Positions 52,634-63,606 of a stretch of DNA of 64,000 nucleotides are shown one piece after another. Source of the DNA: an uncultured Desulfosarcina sp. (GTDB lineage Bacteria > Desulfobacterota > Desulfobacteria > Desulfobacterales > Desulfosarcinaceae); assembly GCA_963674945.2 (NCBI GenBank), contig CAXXWQ010000004.1:1504001-1568000 (forward strand), read 5' to 3'. The notes under the pieces were generated by a model. It did not search any database and was not told the DNA's origin. It saw nothing but the letters and a program-made list of their open reading frames with translations. How positions within the stretch are numbered: the first letter of the stretch is position 1; each line of letters opens with the position of its first letter. The translations under genes and the position numbers were made by a program.

Positions 52634-53719
52634 TCATGACACTACTCTGCTGACGGACTGCCGAATCTTTCTTAGTGCTGGACGTTCAAAATAGTAGTGG
52701 GACAGCAAAGACAGAATCAGTAGACTCGCAAATAAGATGGCAAAAGCCTGATTGGCATCCAAATAGGAAGTGATCTGCAGTCCGGAGTATAGAACAAAGA
52801 TGACCGGGAACTGATAGATGTAGAAACCATAGCTGGCATTTCCCAGTGCTAAAAACGGGCCGCGACCCATGGCGCTGACAAGAAAATTATTAGAGTTTGC
52901 CACAATAAGAATAAATGCCAGAAAGAGCGGAGCATATATACTGCTTTCTACGGGAAGGACGAGAGGTAATTTACCGAGTATCCACGATTCATTGTTCAGC
53001 ACAAAAACGATTACCGCGCCCACGATCAACATGGGGATAAGGCCGTTGCGATTTTGATCTTTGAAAGCCTGTTCCCGTAAAAACCAGATCGCACCCGCTA
53101 TGCCCAGAACAAAACTGCACAGATGCGACAGTGGGTTAAAGCGGATGAACTCATTCACGGCGGATCCCGGGCCGCCAAAGGATTCCATGTTCATTAGGCC
53201 AATCAGGCCTGCTTGGGAAATCAGGTAAAGCGCCATTGCGGCCATTAACACGCTGGCCGTTGATAGATGGCGCTGCCGCATTAACGGAAAGATAAACGGA
53301 AATATCAGGTAAAAAACCATTTGCACTGAAATCGCCCAGGCCGCCATGTTGAGCGTGACCGCGTAGTGTGGGACCCATGCCTGTAAAAAGAGCAGGTGCA
53401 GTACCACCGCCACGTCGACGTTGAAGCCTGTGTACTCGCCGTAGGTGAATGGAATAATTATGAGAAAGGCAGCAATGTAGGCAGGAGCAATACGCGCCAC
53501 CCTGGCGACATAGAAATTGTAACACCGATCCATGTCTCTGTCTATATAGGTGATTGCGAGAACAAACCCCGATAGAACAAAGAAAAAGGTGACCATGGCT
53601 GGTCCCTTGTTCAGTATCTCAAGATAGGGTTGCTTCAGTACAGTGCCTCCAGCCCAGTGATAGGTGAGCACCACGAAGGCAGCGCAGAAGCGCAGGAAAG
53701 TGAGAGATTCGATACGCAT
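52634..53719 (-). CDS. Acyltransferase-3 family (OafA-like) membrane O-acyltransferase
   Basis: RIESLTFLR, FFFVLSGF, RVARIAP, W.ISVQ.VFY, LGNASYGFYIYQ, YFERP. Confidence 0.9.
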   Translation of the reverse strand: MRIESLTFLRFCAAFVVLTYHWAGGTVLKQPYLEILNKGPAMVTFFFVLSGFVLAITYIDRDMDRCYNFYVARVARIAPAYIAAFLIIIPFTYGEYTGFNVDVAVVLHLLFLQAWVPHYAVTLNMAAWAISVQMVFYLIFPFIFPLMRQRHLSTASVLMAAMALYLISQAGLIGLMNMESFGGPGSAVNEFIRFNPLSHLCSFVLGIAGAIWFLREQAFKDQNRNGLIPMLIVGAVIVFVLNNESWILGKLPLVLPVESSIYAPLFLAFILIVANSNNFLVSAMGRGPFLALGNASYGFYIYQFPVIFVLYSGLQITSYLDANQAFAILFASLLILSLLSHYYFERPALRKIRQSVSRVVS

Positions 53720-54590
53720 GGTCAACTATCTTCAGGGTTCTGCCCGGTTTTCCGGTAAGAGTGTCTTGTCGTATGATTGTACAAAGGTCATTGAACGATA
53801 AGAACCTGCTTTTTAAGGAAAAGTATATGGCAAAATCACAATAGGTTGTCAATGCAAGAGTTCTCACTCGAATTGAATTATTCAGGGCATACCACACGAC
53901 ATGACCAAATTGTGCTAACTGATAGTATGATTATAACTCCTCAATGGTGATCTGGCAGTTGCAGCTTCAATGTTTCCGTAGATGGTAAAAATTGCACCGG
54001 AAGAAAAAACGTTGTTGATAATAGATCAAAATTTCTTTCTTCCAACATTGGTTATTATATGACATTTGAATGGTGAGGTTCATGGCGGCAAACAACCGCC
54101 GATTGTTATCATCACCGTGCATCAAGCAGCGGTCTGACGCAAAAATGTCTTTCACCAGACCTTGCACCGGCTCAACAATTGACATAATTTACATAGACAA
54201 GGTATTCTTAATGAATCTGCAGTTTAAAAGCTGTTGGGAATGTAAAAAAATTGGATGCATGCGATCGATTCTGGATTTTACAGCCTCGATGTGGAGAGAT
54301 ACCTAAAGGCAATGTAAAAATAATAGCTAAGCATGGCATTAAAAACTGGGCCGATCGAAGGGGAAATTTTTTACATCTGGCAAAAATAACCACCGAGGTC
54401 AAAGAGAATATAACAAGAGACTTTATTTCGGACTCGGTCCAAAAAGCGACCCTCGTCGGTAAACCACGGCGTTGGCGTCTTGAGAGTTATGAGCGTTAAC
54501 ATTTACACACTCGCAAGAGAGCTTGGCATACCGCAACGTGAAACAATATTTCATTTCAGATTGAACAATCTTTCCCAGAGGGTCATAGCA

Positions 54591-55121
54591 ATGTCAGATA
54601 ATAGAAATACAGATAAGACACAAGGAGTAAGCTTTTCCGATAAAAAAACACCCACCGATGATAAATTGATCACCGTAATTACCATCAGTGGAGAGTACAA
54701 GGGTATGATCAATCTGAATTCTGCACCCGTGAAGGTGAATCGTGTAAGCGATTTTTTAGCGAAGACTGACCTTTCTTTTTTGCCATTATACAATACAACC
54801 GTTATGGGTGTGACTGGAGAAACGATCTTCTTAAATTTTGCTGATATTGCGGCTGTGGTCCAGCCGGATGATATTGACTCAAAACGTTCCGAATTAAGAC
54901 GTGATGCAAAGGTCATTATAAGATTGAAAAATAATTTAGGACAAATTAACGGAAAAGTGAATATTCATGGAGAAAGCAAACCAGTGGATAGAGTTAGCGA
55001 TTTGCTCAATTATCCGGAGAAGAAATGGTTGGTAGTATATGAAGCGAGTTTCAAAGGTAAGACGATGCTTTCCACTATTATAAATATGGATTTTATCTCT
55101 ATGGTTAAGGTTGCAAACTAA
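54591..55121 (+). CDS. Hypothetical protein of two tandem homologous domains, low GC
   Basis: Internal repeat YKGMINL..NRVSDFL..FLPLYN vs INGKVNI..DRVSDLL..WLVVYE. Confidence 0.72.
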   Translation: MSDNRNTDKTQGVSFSDKKTPTDDKLITVITISGEYKGMINLNSAPVKVNRVSDFLAKTDLSFLPLYNTTVMGVTGETIFLNFADIAAVVQPDDIDSKRSELRRDAKVIIRLKNNLGQINGKVNIHGESKPVDRVSDLLNYPEKKWLVVYEASFKGKTMLSTIINMDFISMVKVAN

Positions 55122-55502
55122 ACCCGGAATCTGGTGGTTTTTTTAACAAGTCTTCCCAATTGATCAAGATATTACCTTTACATCCGAAACAGGTACTCAT
55201 AATTTCAGGCCGAACAACGAAGGGAACCGGGATTCATCGGCAATCCAATGCCATCGTAGTTATGAACAGGGGCACCTGGTTACTTGAGCCGAGCGATTGT
55301 CGAGTCCGGCTTCTGAGCGGAAAAAGTGAAAATGTTCATTAGCGGCAGCAACTTTGACAACCATTTCTTCGTGTTTAAATTATGATTTGAATTCAAATTG
55401 TTACCACCGAATTGGAAAGAGTCGTGGATCCTTTTGCAGAGCCGGCGCCATGTCTCCTGTCGATCCGTCCCGATTCGCAATTCGTATTTTGGGAGGCCTT
55501 CA

Positions 55503-56471
55503 ATGAAAAAGAGCAGCCATGATCCCAACAGCGCTTGCCGAACCGACATCCAACGCCAGGAAATGGCCCGGTCCAAGTTGACCGGAATTGCCGAGCGGAT
55601 CATCGACCACTGCGTGAACAGCCCCTGCTACACCCACATCGACAGCGATCCCATCCCGGGAGAAGCATCTGTCAGTGATATCATCGACATGTTTCGGGAG
55701 CTTCTCTTTCCCGGATACTTCACACGGGAGAAGCTGGACATGGTGAACATGCGCTACGGATTGGGACAGATCGTATCCAGGCTCTACGACCATCTTGCCG
55801 ATCTGATCACACACAACATCCGCCACGACTGCCAGCGCTACGGTCAGCCATGCAGTGATTGCGAATCCAGGGGGCACCGGATTGCCCTTGCCATGATGGG
55901 CGCCATCCCCGAAATTCGGCAGACCCTGACCTCGGATGTCCGGGCCGCATTCGAAGGAGACCCGGCCGCCAAGAGTCATGACGAAATCATATTCAGTTAT
56001 CCTGGCCTTTACGCCATCAGCGTGTACCGGGTAGCCCACAAATTATTCGAACTGGGTGTTCCCATGCTGCCCCGGATCATGACCGAACACGCTCACGGCG
56101 TCACCGGCATCGACATCCATCCCGGTGCCACCATCGGCGGCCGTTTCGTCATTGATCACGGCACCGGGGTCGTCATCGGCGAAACCACGGAAATCGGCAA
56201 CAACGTTCGCATCTATCAGGGGGTAACCTTGGGGGCGCTCAGCCTTCCCAAAAATGCGGGAGAGAAGCTGCGCGGGAAAAAGCGCCATCCGACCATCGAG
56301 GACGATGCCATCATCTATTCCGGGGCCACGATCCTGGGCGGAGATACGGTGATCGGCGCACGTTCGGTCATCGGCGGAAACGTCTGGCTGACCGAATCCA
56401 TCCCGCCCGACACCACCGTGATGATGGAGACCCCCAAACTGATCATCCGGGAGGCCCGGAAAGCGGTCTGA
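55503..56471 (+). CDS. cysE: Serine O-acetyltransferase
   Basis: [39 protein letters not shown]. Confidence 0.94.
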   Translation: MKKSSHDPNSACRTDIQRQEMARSKLTGIAERIIDHCVNSPCYTHIDSDPIPGEASVSDIIDMFRELLFPGYFTREKLDMVNMRYGLGQIVSRLYDHLADLITHNIRHDCQRYGQPCSDCESRGHRIALAMMGAIPEIRQTLTSDVRAAFEGDPAAKSHDEIIFSYPGLYAISVYRVAHKLFELGVPMLPRIMTEHAHGVTGIDIHPGATIGGRFVIDHGTGVVIGETTEIGNNVRIYQGVTLGALSLPKNAGEKLRGKKRHPTIEDDAIIYSGATILGGDTVIGARSVIGGNVWLTESIPPDTTVMMETPKLIIREARKAV

Positions 56472-56545
56472 AGCGCTGAGAAGAACAAACAAAGTCGGAT
56501 TTCGGACTTCTTACGGAGCCGTAAAGCTTAGGAGGCGATTATATC

Positions 56546-57469
56546 ATGACCCTACACTACGCCATCGATACCACCATCGGCCGCACCCCACTGGTCCGGC
56601 TGCAGCACACCGGTGATGATCTATATGCCGAAATTTTAGCCAAGCTGGAATTTTTCAACCCCCTTGGAAGCGTAAAGGACCGGATCGCCGCATCCATGAT
56701 CGACGACGCCGAGAAACGGGGGTTGATCGGTTCCGACACCTTGATCGTAGAACCCACCAGTGGGAATACCGGCATCGGGCTGGCCTTCGTCTGTGCGGCC
56801 AAGGGATACCGCCTCTGCCTGACCATGCCCGACACCATGAGCGTCGAGCGCCAAAAGCTGCTTCGCCATCTGGGAGCCCAACTGGTCCTCACCCCGGGGG
56901 CCAAAGGCATGGCCGGTGCCATCGAAAAAGCCGAGGCCATCCTGTCCGAAAATGAGGGGGCCTTCATGCCCAACCAGTTCGAAAACCCGGCCAACCCGCG
57001 CATCCACCGGGAGACCACGGCACAGGAGATCTGGACGGATACGGGTGGCGACGTGGATATCCTGGTCGCCGGCGTGGGAACCGGCGGCACCGTCACCGGC
57101 ATCGGCGGCATGTTCAAGGAGAAGAAACCCGAATTCCGGGTAATCGCCGTGGAACCCGCCGATTCCCCCATCCTGTCCGGCGGGGAAAAGGGTCCTCACA
57201 AAATCCAGGGCATCGGTGCCGGTTTTATCCCCAAGGTACTGGACCGTTCTCTCATCGACGAGGTGGTCACCGTCACCAACGACGACGCCTTCGAGACGGC
57301 CCGACGCCTGGCGTTGCGGGAGGGAATATTATGCGGCATCTCCTCGGGCGCGTCAGTATGGGCCTCCCTTCAGGTAGCAGCCCGCCCGGAGAACACCGGC
57401 AAACGCATCGTCACCGTTTTGCCCAGTACGGGCGAACGGTATATCAGCACCGATTTATTTCTATCCTGA
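56546..57469 (+). CDS. cysK: Cysteine synthase A
   Basis: [37 protein letters not shown]. Confidence 0.96.
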   Translation: MTLHYAIDTTIGRTPLVRLQHTGDDLYAEILAKLEFFNPLGSVKDRIAASMIDDAEKRGLIGSDTLIVEPTSGNTGIGLAFVCAAKGYRLCLTMPDTMSVERQKLLRHLGAQLVLTPGAKGMAGAIEKAEAILSENEGAFMPNQFENPANPRIHRETTAQEIWTDTGGDVDILVAGVGTGGTVTGIGGMFKEKKPEFRVIAVEPADSPILSGGEKGPHKIQGIGAGFIPKVLDRSLIDEVVTVTNDDAFETARRLALREGILCGISSGASVWASLQVAARPENTGKRIVTVLPSTGERYISTDLFLS

Positions 57470-57547
57470 ATTGGACGATTCGCCGATAGCTGGCAGCAGC
57501 ATAATTTCAAATGATCATCCGTTCTATTGTAAAGGATTGCGTGGATC

Positions 57548-58492
57548 TTGCGGATTGAAATCTTGGGAACCGAATCCTTGGGAGTCCGGGGATTGTGCTG
57601 CGCCGTACACACACGGCATCGGGATATCGTGATCGATCCCGGCCTGGCCCTGGGGTATCTACGGCACGGGCTTCTGCCCCACCCTCGCCAGGTGGCGACC
57701 GGAGAGACCACGGCACGCCGCATTGTGCAGCAGCTGGCAGGAGCCACGGATGTGGTGTTTTCCCATTATCACGGCGATCATATCCCCCTGGCCAATGCCA
57801 ATCCATTCCAGTTGCCGTTAAATGAAATAGCGCACCTGCTGAAGCGGCCGCGATTATGGGGGAAGACTCCGTCCGATGAACCTGCCAGGTTTGCAGATCG
57901 CTGCCACCATCTGGAGACAGCGGCAGGCCGGCCGATCTGTTACTGCGACGGCCGTTCAGGGGATCTTCTCACGTTTTCCGAAGCCATGCCTCACGGTCAT
58001 CGAGATGCAGGCCTGGGAAGGGTCATGATGAGCCGGATAGAAGATGATGATGAGGTGTTTGTACATGCCTCAGATATTCAGATCCTGGACGATGAACCGG
58101 TCTCCGTGATTCTCGGCTGGTCCCCCGACATACTTCTGGTCAGCGGGCCGCCGCTATATCGCCGTCTTTCCTCCGATCTATTGGCGTCTGCCCGTAAACG
58201 GGTGCTCAGGCTGTCCCGGGAGATCCCCTGCTGCATCATCGATCATCATTTGCTGCGCTCTCGTCTCGGTTTTCAGTGGCTGGATGAATTACAGGCGGCA
58301 ACAGGCAACGTCCTTCAATGCGCGGCCGATTATATGCAGGTGGACCGTCGTCCGCTGGAAGCGGACCGTACCATGTTGTATGACATGGACCCGGTGCCTC
58401 CAAGTTGGCATCAATCCTATCAACGGCCGGCCCTGGCTATGTCCGAAGCAGGTATAAACGGCGGCGCACAGAAAAAGGGCGGCCGGACATGA
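57548..58492 (+). CDS. Metallo-beta-lactamase-fold hydrolase (UPF0282-like)
   Basis: TTG start; ESLGVR, IDPG, SHYHGDH, PHG, HASDIQ, GPPLY, DHHLLR. Confidence 0.8.
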   Translation: MRIEILGTESLGVRGLCCAVHTRHRDIVIDPGLALGYLRHGLLPHPRQVATGETTARRIVQQLAGATDVVFSHYHGDHIPLANANPFQLPLNEIAHLLKRPRLWGKTPSDEPARFADRCHHLETAAGRPICYCDGRSGDLLTFSEAMPHGHRDAGLGRVMMSRIEDDDEVFVHASDIQILDDEPVSVILGWSPDILLVSGPPLYRRLSSDLLASARKRVLRLSREIPCCIIDHHLLRSRLGFQWLDELQAATGNVLQCAADYMQVDRRPLEADRTMLYDMDPVPPSWHQSYQRPALAMSEAGINGGAQKKGGRT

Positions 58493-58513
58493 AGGGAAAG
58501 CCGATATAAAAGA

Positions 58514-60433
58514 ATGGTTTCCGGTCATCATCATACAAAGGGGATTTTTAACCGGATCGCCCTCATATCCGCTCCCTGGCCCCTGTTCAGCCGGCCGTCG
58601 ATTCAACTGGGTGCGCTGAAGGCATATCTGAAAAGTGTTTCTCCGGATATAACGGTGTCCTGCCACCATTTTTACCTCTCGTTGGCGAAAGCCATCGGAT
58701 ATCCGGTTTATCAGGCCCTGTCCCGAAAAACATGGGTGGCGGAAAGCGTTTACGCGGCCCTGCTCTATCCGGAACGACAGGACCGGATCAGCCGGTTTTT
58801 CGCCGTGCAGGCAAAAAAGACCAGGGAACTGGCGGGGCTGGACTTTCCGGCCCTGACCCGCCGCGTCAAAATCGTGTCCGATGCGTTTGTCCAAAAAACG
58901 GACTGGGGGCGAATGGATCTGGCCGGATTTTCCGTGTGTCTGTGCCAGCTGACAGCTTCACTTTACTTTGTCCGGCAAATCAAACGCCTGGCCCCAAACC
59001 TGCCGTTGATCGTGGGTGGTTCCATCACAGGAGGATGTATTACCGAGGATTTATGGACCGCTTTTCCGGAAATTGACCTGATCGTCATCGGAGAAGGGGA
59101 ACAGCCCCTGGCTCGGCTGGTGGAACATTTTCAGGCCGGGGGTCGGTGTGACGACCTGGGGCCCACTCCGGGGATTATTCGCCGAAAAGACGGCCGATCC
59201 CATAATTCAATTTCTTTTTGTCAACTGCCGGATCTGCAAGCCCTGCCCATTCCGGAATTTACCGAGTATTTTGAATTACTGTCCACATTTCCAGAACATA
59301 AACGTTTCTTCCCCACCCTGCCCGTGGAAATCTCCCGTGGCTGCTGGTGGCGCGCTTTCAATCCGGACATACCCAATCATGAACAGACAAAGGGTTGCGC
59401 CTTCTGCAATCTAAACCTTCAGTGGCAGGGTTACCGAACCAAGGCTGTTGACCAGGTCGTCAATGAGATCGATCGACTGACGGATCAACATCGGGTGCTA
59501 TCCGTGGCCTTCATGGACAACGTGCTTCCGCCGAAAAAAAGCCGTACAATATTTGACTCCCTGACCCATAAAAGCAAGGCGTTTCAATTTCTTGCCGAAC
59601 TACGGGCCACGACCACCCGCCGGACACTTAAACACCTTTGTGACGCCGGCATGGCCGAAGTTCAGATCGGCATTGAATCCTTGAGTTCACGGCTTCTGCA
59701 AAAGCTGCACAAAGGGACCACCGTCATTGATAACATCGAAATCATGAAACACTGCGAAGCCCTGGGTATAAAAAACAGAGCCAACCTGATCCTCCATTTT
59801 CCGGGCAGCGATGAAACCGATGTTGCCGAGACCCTGCACGCGATTCGCTTCACCCGCCTTTTTCGTCCCCTGCGGATCGTACATTTCTGGCTGGGCATGC
59901 ACAGCCCGGTCTGGGAAAATCCCCGAAGATACGGTCTCACGGCCGTGTTTAATCACCCCTATTATAGAGAGTTGTTTCCTGAAGCGGTGTGCCGTGGGAT
60001 GCGGTTCATGATTCAGGATTATCGCGGGGATAAGATGCGCCAACGCCGTCTCTGGCGGCCGGTGAACCGGTCTGTCGAAAAATGGCGGCAGGATTACCGG
60101 CGGCTTCATTCCGATCCCTATGCCGGACCGATTCTGACCCTGCATGACGGCCGATCCTTTTTGATCCTGCGGGAACGCCGACTCGATGGAGATCACCGAA
60201 ACCACCGGCTGATCGGGACCTCCAGGGAAATATATCTATTTTGTGAACACAGACGGCGCTTTGAAGAGATAAAAGAGCGATTTTCAACACTGCCGTCGGA
60301 CAAGATACGGTCGTTTTTAACCATGATGATCGACAAGGGGTTGATGTTTGCGGATAACGAGCAGTATTTGAGCCTGGCGGTCTCAATACACTCGAAGGAA
60401 CATCAAAATTTCGAAAACCGTGGTGGTCCATGA
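58514..60433 (+). CDS. RiPP-maturation-type cobalamin-dependent radical SAM C-methyltransferase (TIGR03975-like)
   Basis: PWPLFSRPSIQLGALKA, GEGE, EISRGCWW-...-CAFCNLN, QIGIESLS..L.KL.KG. Confidence 0.85.
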   Translation: MVSGHHHTKGIFNRIALISAPWPLFSRPSIQLGALKAYLKSVSPDITVSCHHFYLSLAKAIGYPVYQALSRKTWVAESVYAALLYPERQDRISRFFAVQAKKTRELAGLDFPALTRRVKIVSDAFVQKTDWGRMDLAGFSVCLCQLTASLYFVRQIKRLAPNLPLIVGGSITGGCITEDLWTAFPEIDLIVIGEGEQPLARLVEHFQAGGRCDDLGPTPGIIRRKDGRSHNSISFCQLPDLQALPIPEFTEYFELLSTFPEHKRFFPTLPVEISRGCWWRAFNPDIPNHEQTKGCAFCNLNLQWQGYRTKAVDQVVNEIDRLTDQHRVLSVAFMDNVLPPKKSRTIFDSLTHKSKAFQFLAELRATTTRRTLKHLCDAGMAEVQIGIESLSSRLLQKLHKGTTVIDNIEIMKHCEALGIKNRANLILHFPGSDETDVAETLHAIRFTRLFRPLRIVHFWLGMHSPVWENPRRYGLTAVFNHPYYRELFPEAVCRGMRFMIQDYRGDKMRQRRLWRPVNRSVEKWRQDYRRLHSDPYAGPILTLHDGRSFLILRERRLDGDHRNHRLIGTSREIYLFCEHRRRFEEIKERFSTLPSDKIRSFLTMMIDKGLMFADNEQYLSLAVSIHSKEHQNFENRGGP

Positions 60434-60882
60434 CTTGTATCATATACAAACTTGTAAATATCATCGTTAACGGCGATCCATAAGCTGCTGCCACCGGCGT
60501 AGGCAATTCCAACACCAAGGCTTTCAACGGTAAATGGATAGGAATATGCCTTGATTGAATTGTTGGACACGTCAATTTTATAAATTGCGTCTCTTGTGGC
60601 ACGCCACAAATACGTTCCGTCAAAAGCCAGATCTCCAATAATATCTCCAGAATCGAAAGTATCGACAACATTTCCGGACATGTTCAGTTTGACCAGTTGG
60701 GAAGTATTGCTAACCCACAAATGGTCATTATCAAATGCTATGCTGCCGGTAGCAGGTATTTCCGGTGAAATCGAATCGACAAAATTCATGGAAGTGTCAA
60801 AATGAACAGTATCCAGCTTCCTAACGTCTTGATCTTTGTGAACAAAGACAAAATGCCCCCAATATATCGAGAAATAGTTTTC
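60403..60882 (-). pseudogene. Low-GC beta-propeller protein fragment
   Basis: Repeats IAFDNDHLWV, LAFDGTYLW, IAYAGGSSLWI. The frame is open back to a TGA at about 60883 with no credible start, and it runs into the rSAM 3' end. Confidence 0.55.
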
Positions 60883-60941
60883 TCATAGTGAATGATATGA
60901 ATTAGTTGGTATTTTTTTTCTTTTGACCTGAACAATAATAT

Positions 60942-63397
60942 CAGAACACTGCATCTCCGGGAAAACTATGTGACACCTCCGGCATGATTTGAGGTGCTGC
61001 AGCCATTTAGTTCGAATATCATTTGCAGCTCGGTACCGGGGTATTTTACCTGCGCACTGTTCAGATGCGCAAACAGTTGGCAAAGAGCCCGATTGGCCGC
61101 TGGGAACGAAGCGCCGTGCAATCGTATATTCAATTGCTGATTTTCAATATCGGGCAGTACATCGCCTTCGGTCTGGAACAGTGTCTGGAGAAGACTCCGT
61201 GCATCCGACGAGTTTACCGTCGGACCCGTGAGCAACCCAACCATTGCCGTCTCTGCACGATATGCAATCATACGAACCGTGTCCATCAGGCGTTTTCTGC
61301 CCGGTTGTAAACGTAAAAATTTATCTTTTGCTTCAAGTTCTCCCCACGTGATGTGTTTACTTGTCTGTTTTCGTTTTTCTTTCAACTCGCTGAGTTGATA
61401 CTCCATCTTTTCGATTTCTTCTAACAGCTCGGCCTTTTTCTCTATCCACTTCTTAAACTTTACCGGTTTGTCTTCATTTTCAGGGTGAATGGTCATCTCG
61501 GCAAAACAGGCACGACGATATCGTAGCTTGTTCTGCAACGAATTACGGGATTGATTCAATTGCCGCCAAACGGGGTTGATTACCCGTTCGGTATCAGGAA
61601 ATTCAACGACACCATAATCTAAAAGCACATCGATATCAAAATGTTGCATCATATAGTTGAAAAAGTTTTCCTGACACCACCGGCTGAACATGCGTGCTGC
61701 CAATTGAGTATGCGGCAAATCGAAAGCGGTGCTGATTACGCTGGTCTGGTGTCCGGAATCGGTCAGTTTTCGCACTTGTCGCATCCATGTTGCACCCTTA
61801 CCAGATCCCACCAAACTACCCATTTCGCAAAGCCGCATCTTCACCACCTCTTTGTTTGGCATCGCAACTTCATGCTCGGTGAACCAATGCTCCGGCCATG
61901 ATTCACCAGGATGCTTATGATACGTCATGCAGCCGATTCGATGGCGATCCCACATTTCCTTGAAGAATGCGGGACTATATCCTTCCCTGTCGAAAACAAG
62001 AACGAACCGGCATAAACATGGGTTCTCTTGTAGTTGCTGCAAACCGGGTTGATTCGGAACGTCTTGCAACAACCGGGGAACGATATCGTCTCTTAAAACC
62101 GCCAATAATCCAGGATCGATCTGCTTTTCGACGACAAAAAAAGGTCGGCCAATCGCATCGTTAACCCAATAGTCGGTAATGCCCCTCATGCACAATCGTT
62201 CCCGGGACACGTAGCGGCGCGGTAGTCGGGTCAATTTTCCATGATAAACACGTACATGCCCGTCAACATAAAGCGCGCCAACCGATTCGGGCGCCTGTTC
62301 CATCCAGTATTTACCGAGGTATGCGGCCCACTTTTCCGCGCCGTGGTCTGCGCTCAACGCATCCATCTTGTAACGCAAACAGCGAACCTCCGGTGCACGA
62401 TCCAAGCCCAATAACTTACCAAATTCTCCCGGAGCATGGCCTCGTATTTTTTCTGTCGTCTTGATCCTGCATAAGGCCATAAACGAAAGCAGCAACAAGA
62501 CATGAAAGATCGTGTAATAGCCTTTGACTTGGCCGAGGAACTGTTTTGCGCCGGTAAACAACCCGTTTGCCACCAATGACGGTATCGCACAAAGAACGCC
62601 TGCTTTGGGAACGTCCAGGCATCTGTCAAAACGAACCGGCGCACCAACCATTTTGCCCAATGATGCCAATATGCGTTCCCCGACTCGGTTGCAAGCCGTC
62701 CCCATACCATCGGCAGCAGCCATGTCGACCATGTCCCGATCTGATTTGGTTAGACACGGTTCACCAATCCTTGATTCGATTAACCGACCATCATCTATAG
62801 CTTTGCGAAACGTATCGTATTTAATGCCAAGTTCCAGGGCGGCATCTTTTTTCGAGCACCCTTGATCCAGTAAACGTTGGGCTTGTTCAAGCACCTCAGG
62901 TTTGAAAACCTTGCCGCCGCGTCGTCCCCGCCGCTGAACGAAAAATGCCTCGGCGCCGCCGGACCTGAGTTTGTTCACGGATCGGATGACATTGCTCTTG
63001 GATACGCCGAATGTGTTTTGGATATCGATCTGGCGGCAAGCTCCGGATTCAACCAGTTGGGCTGTTATCATCCGAAACATTCGTTGATCGCCTTGTCTGT
63101 GAGAATAAATCGGAACGGTCGATAGAAAATAGGTCCAGGTCGTATCGTCACGAAATACACTGACAAGCCCGTTGATTTGTCTTGCACCCCGAGGAATAAG
63201 TGGTAGTATCTGTTGAGGCATGGCATCCTTTTCCTTTCATTTATCCGCCAAGATAATAAGGTTAAAGGTGCCATGTTCATTTTCCGGTTGCAATACCTTA
63301 CCGGCCTGCTGGATTCAGACTCCTATCTTTCTGTTTTTCAACCACTTACATTATGTTTTGCTTGCCATATGCAACAATTAGGAAATCAAGTTTCCTG
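60942..63397 (-). mobile_element. Insertion sequence, 2456 bp, imperfect IRs, 5-bp target duplication
   Basis: Ends CAGAACACTGCATCTCC / GGAAATCAAGTTTCCTG (12/17 as IR), flanked by AATAT at 60937-60941 and 63398-63402. Confidence 0.85.
60966..63221 (-). CDS. Large putative DDE transposase (751 aa)
   Basis: N-terminal HTHs; LYVDGHVRVY, LVFDREGYS, RWCQENFF resemble an IS4-superfamily D-D-E with RWxxE. Confidence 0.88.
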   Translation of the reverse strand: MPQQILPLIPRGARQINGLVSVFRDDTTWTYFLSTVPIYSHRQGDQRMFRMITAQLVESGACRQIDIQNTFGVSKSNVIRSVNKLRSGGAEAFFVQRRGRRGGKVFKPEVLEQAQRLLDQGCSKKDAALELGIKYDTFRKAIDDGRLIESRIGEPCLTKSDRDMVDMAAADGMGTACNRVGERILASLGKMVGAPVRFDRCLDVPKAGVLCAIPSLVANGLFTGAKQFLGQVKGYYTIFHVLLLLSFMALCRIKTTEKIRGHAPGEFGKLLGLDRAPEVRCLRYKMDALSADHGAEKWAAYLGKYWMEQAPESVGALYVDGHVRVYHGKLTRLPRRYVSRERLCMRGITDYWVNDAIGRPFFVVEKQIDPGLLAVLRDDIVPRLLQDVPNQPGLQQLQENPCLCRFVLVFDREGYSPAFFKEMWDRHRIGCMTYHKHPGESWPEHWFTEHEVAMPNKEVVKMRLCEMGSLVGSGKGATWMRQVRKLTDSGHQTSVISTAFDLPHTQLAARMFSRWCQENFFNYMMQHFDIDVLLDYGVVEFPDTERVINPVWRQLNQSRNSLQNKLRYRRACFAEMTIHPENEDKPVKFKKWIEKKAELLEEIEKMEYQLSELKEKRKQTSKHITWGELEAKDKFLRLQPGRKRLMDTVRMIAYRAETAMVGLLTGPTVNSSDARSLLQTLFQTEGDVLPDIENQQLNIRLHGASFPAANRALCQLFAHLNSAQVKYPGTELQMIFELNGCSTSNHAGGVT

Positions 63398-63551
63398 AAT
63401 ATAATTCTTCCCTTTTTTGTAAAGTATATTTTGGATTTCGGATCGTTGTTGATACGATAAGAAATAACTTGAAAGAGAATAGGGAGAGGTTCTTTATTTT
63501 TATTTCAAACATGATTGGCATTGATTGCCAACATCATGCTGGTGGGGCGGT

Positions 63552-63600
63552 GGTAAACGGCAGGTTGGGACGCAGATCAAGGCCCAACCTGCCGTTTACC
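63552..63600. repeat. Perfect 18-bp inverted repeat just after the thiC stop (REP-like or terminator)
   Basis: GGTAAACGGCAGGTTGGG-N13-CCCAACCTGCCGTTTACC. Confidence 0.7.
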
Positions 63601-63606
63601 CATGAA

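Noticed and set aside
60883..63512. Gene interrupted by the IS
   Set aside because: Removing the IS restores only a ~49-codon AT-rich minus-strand ORF that does not join the beta-propeller fragment.
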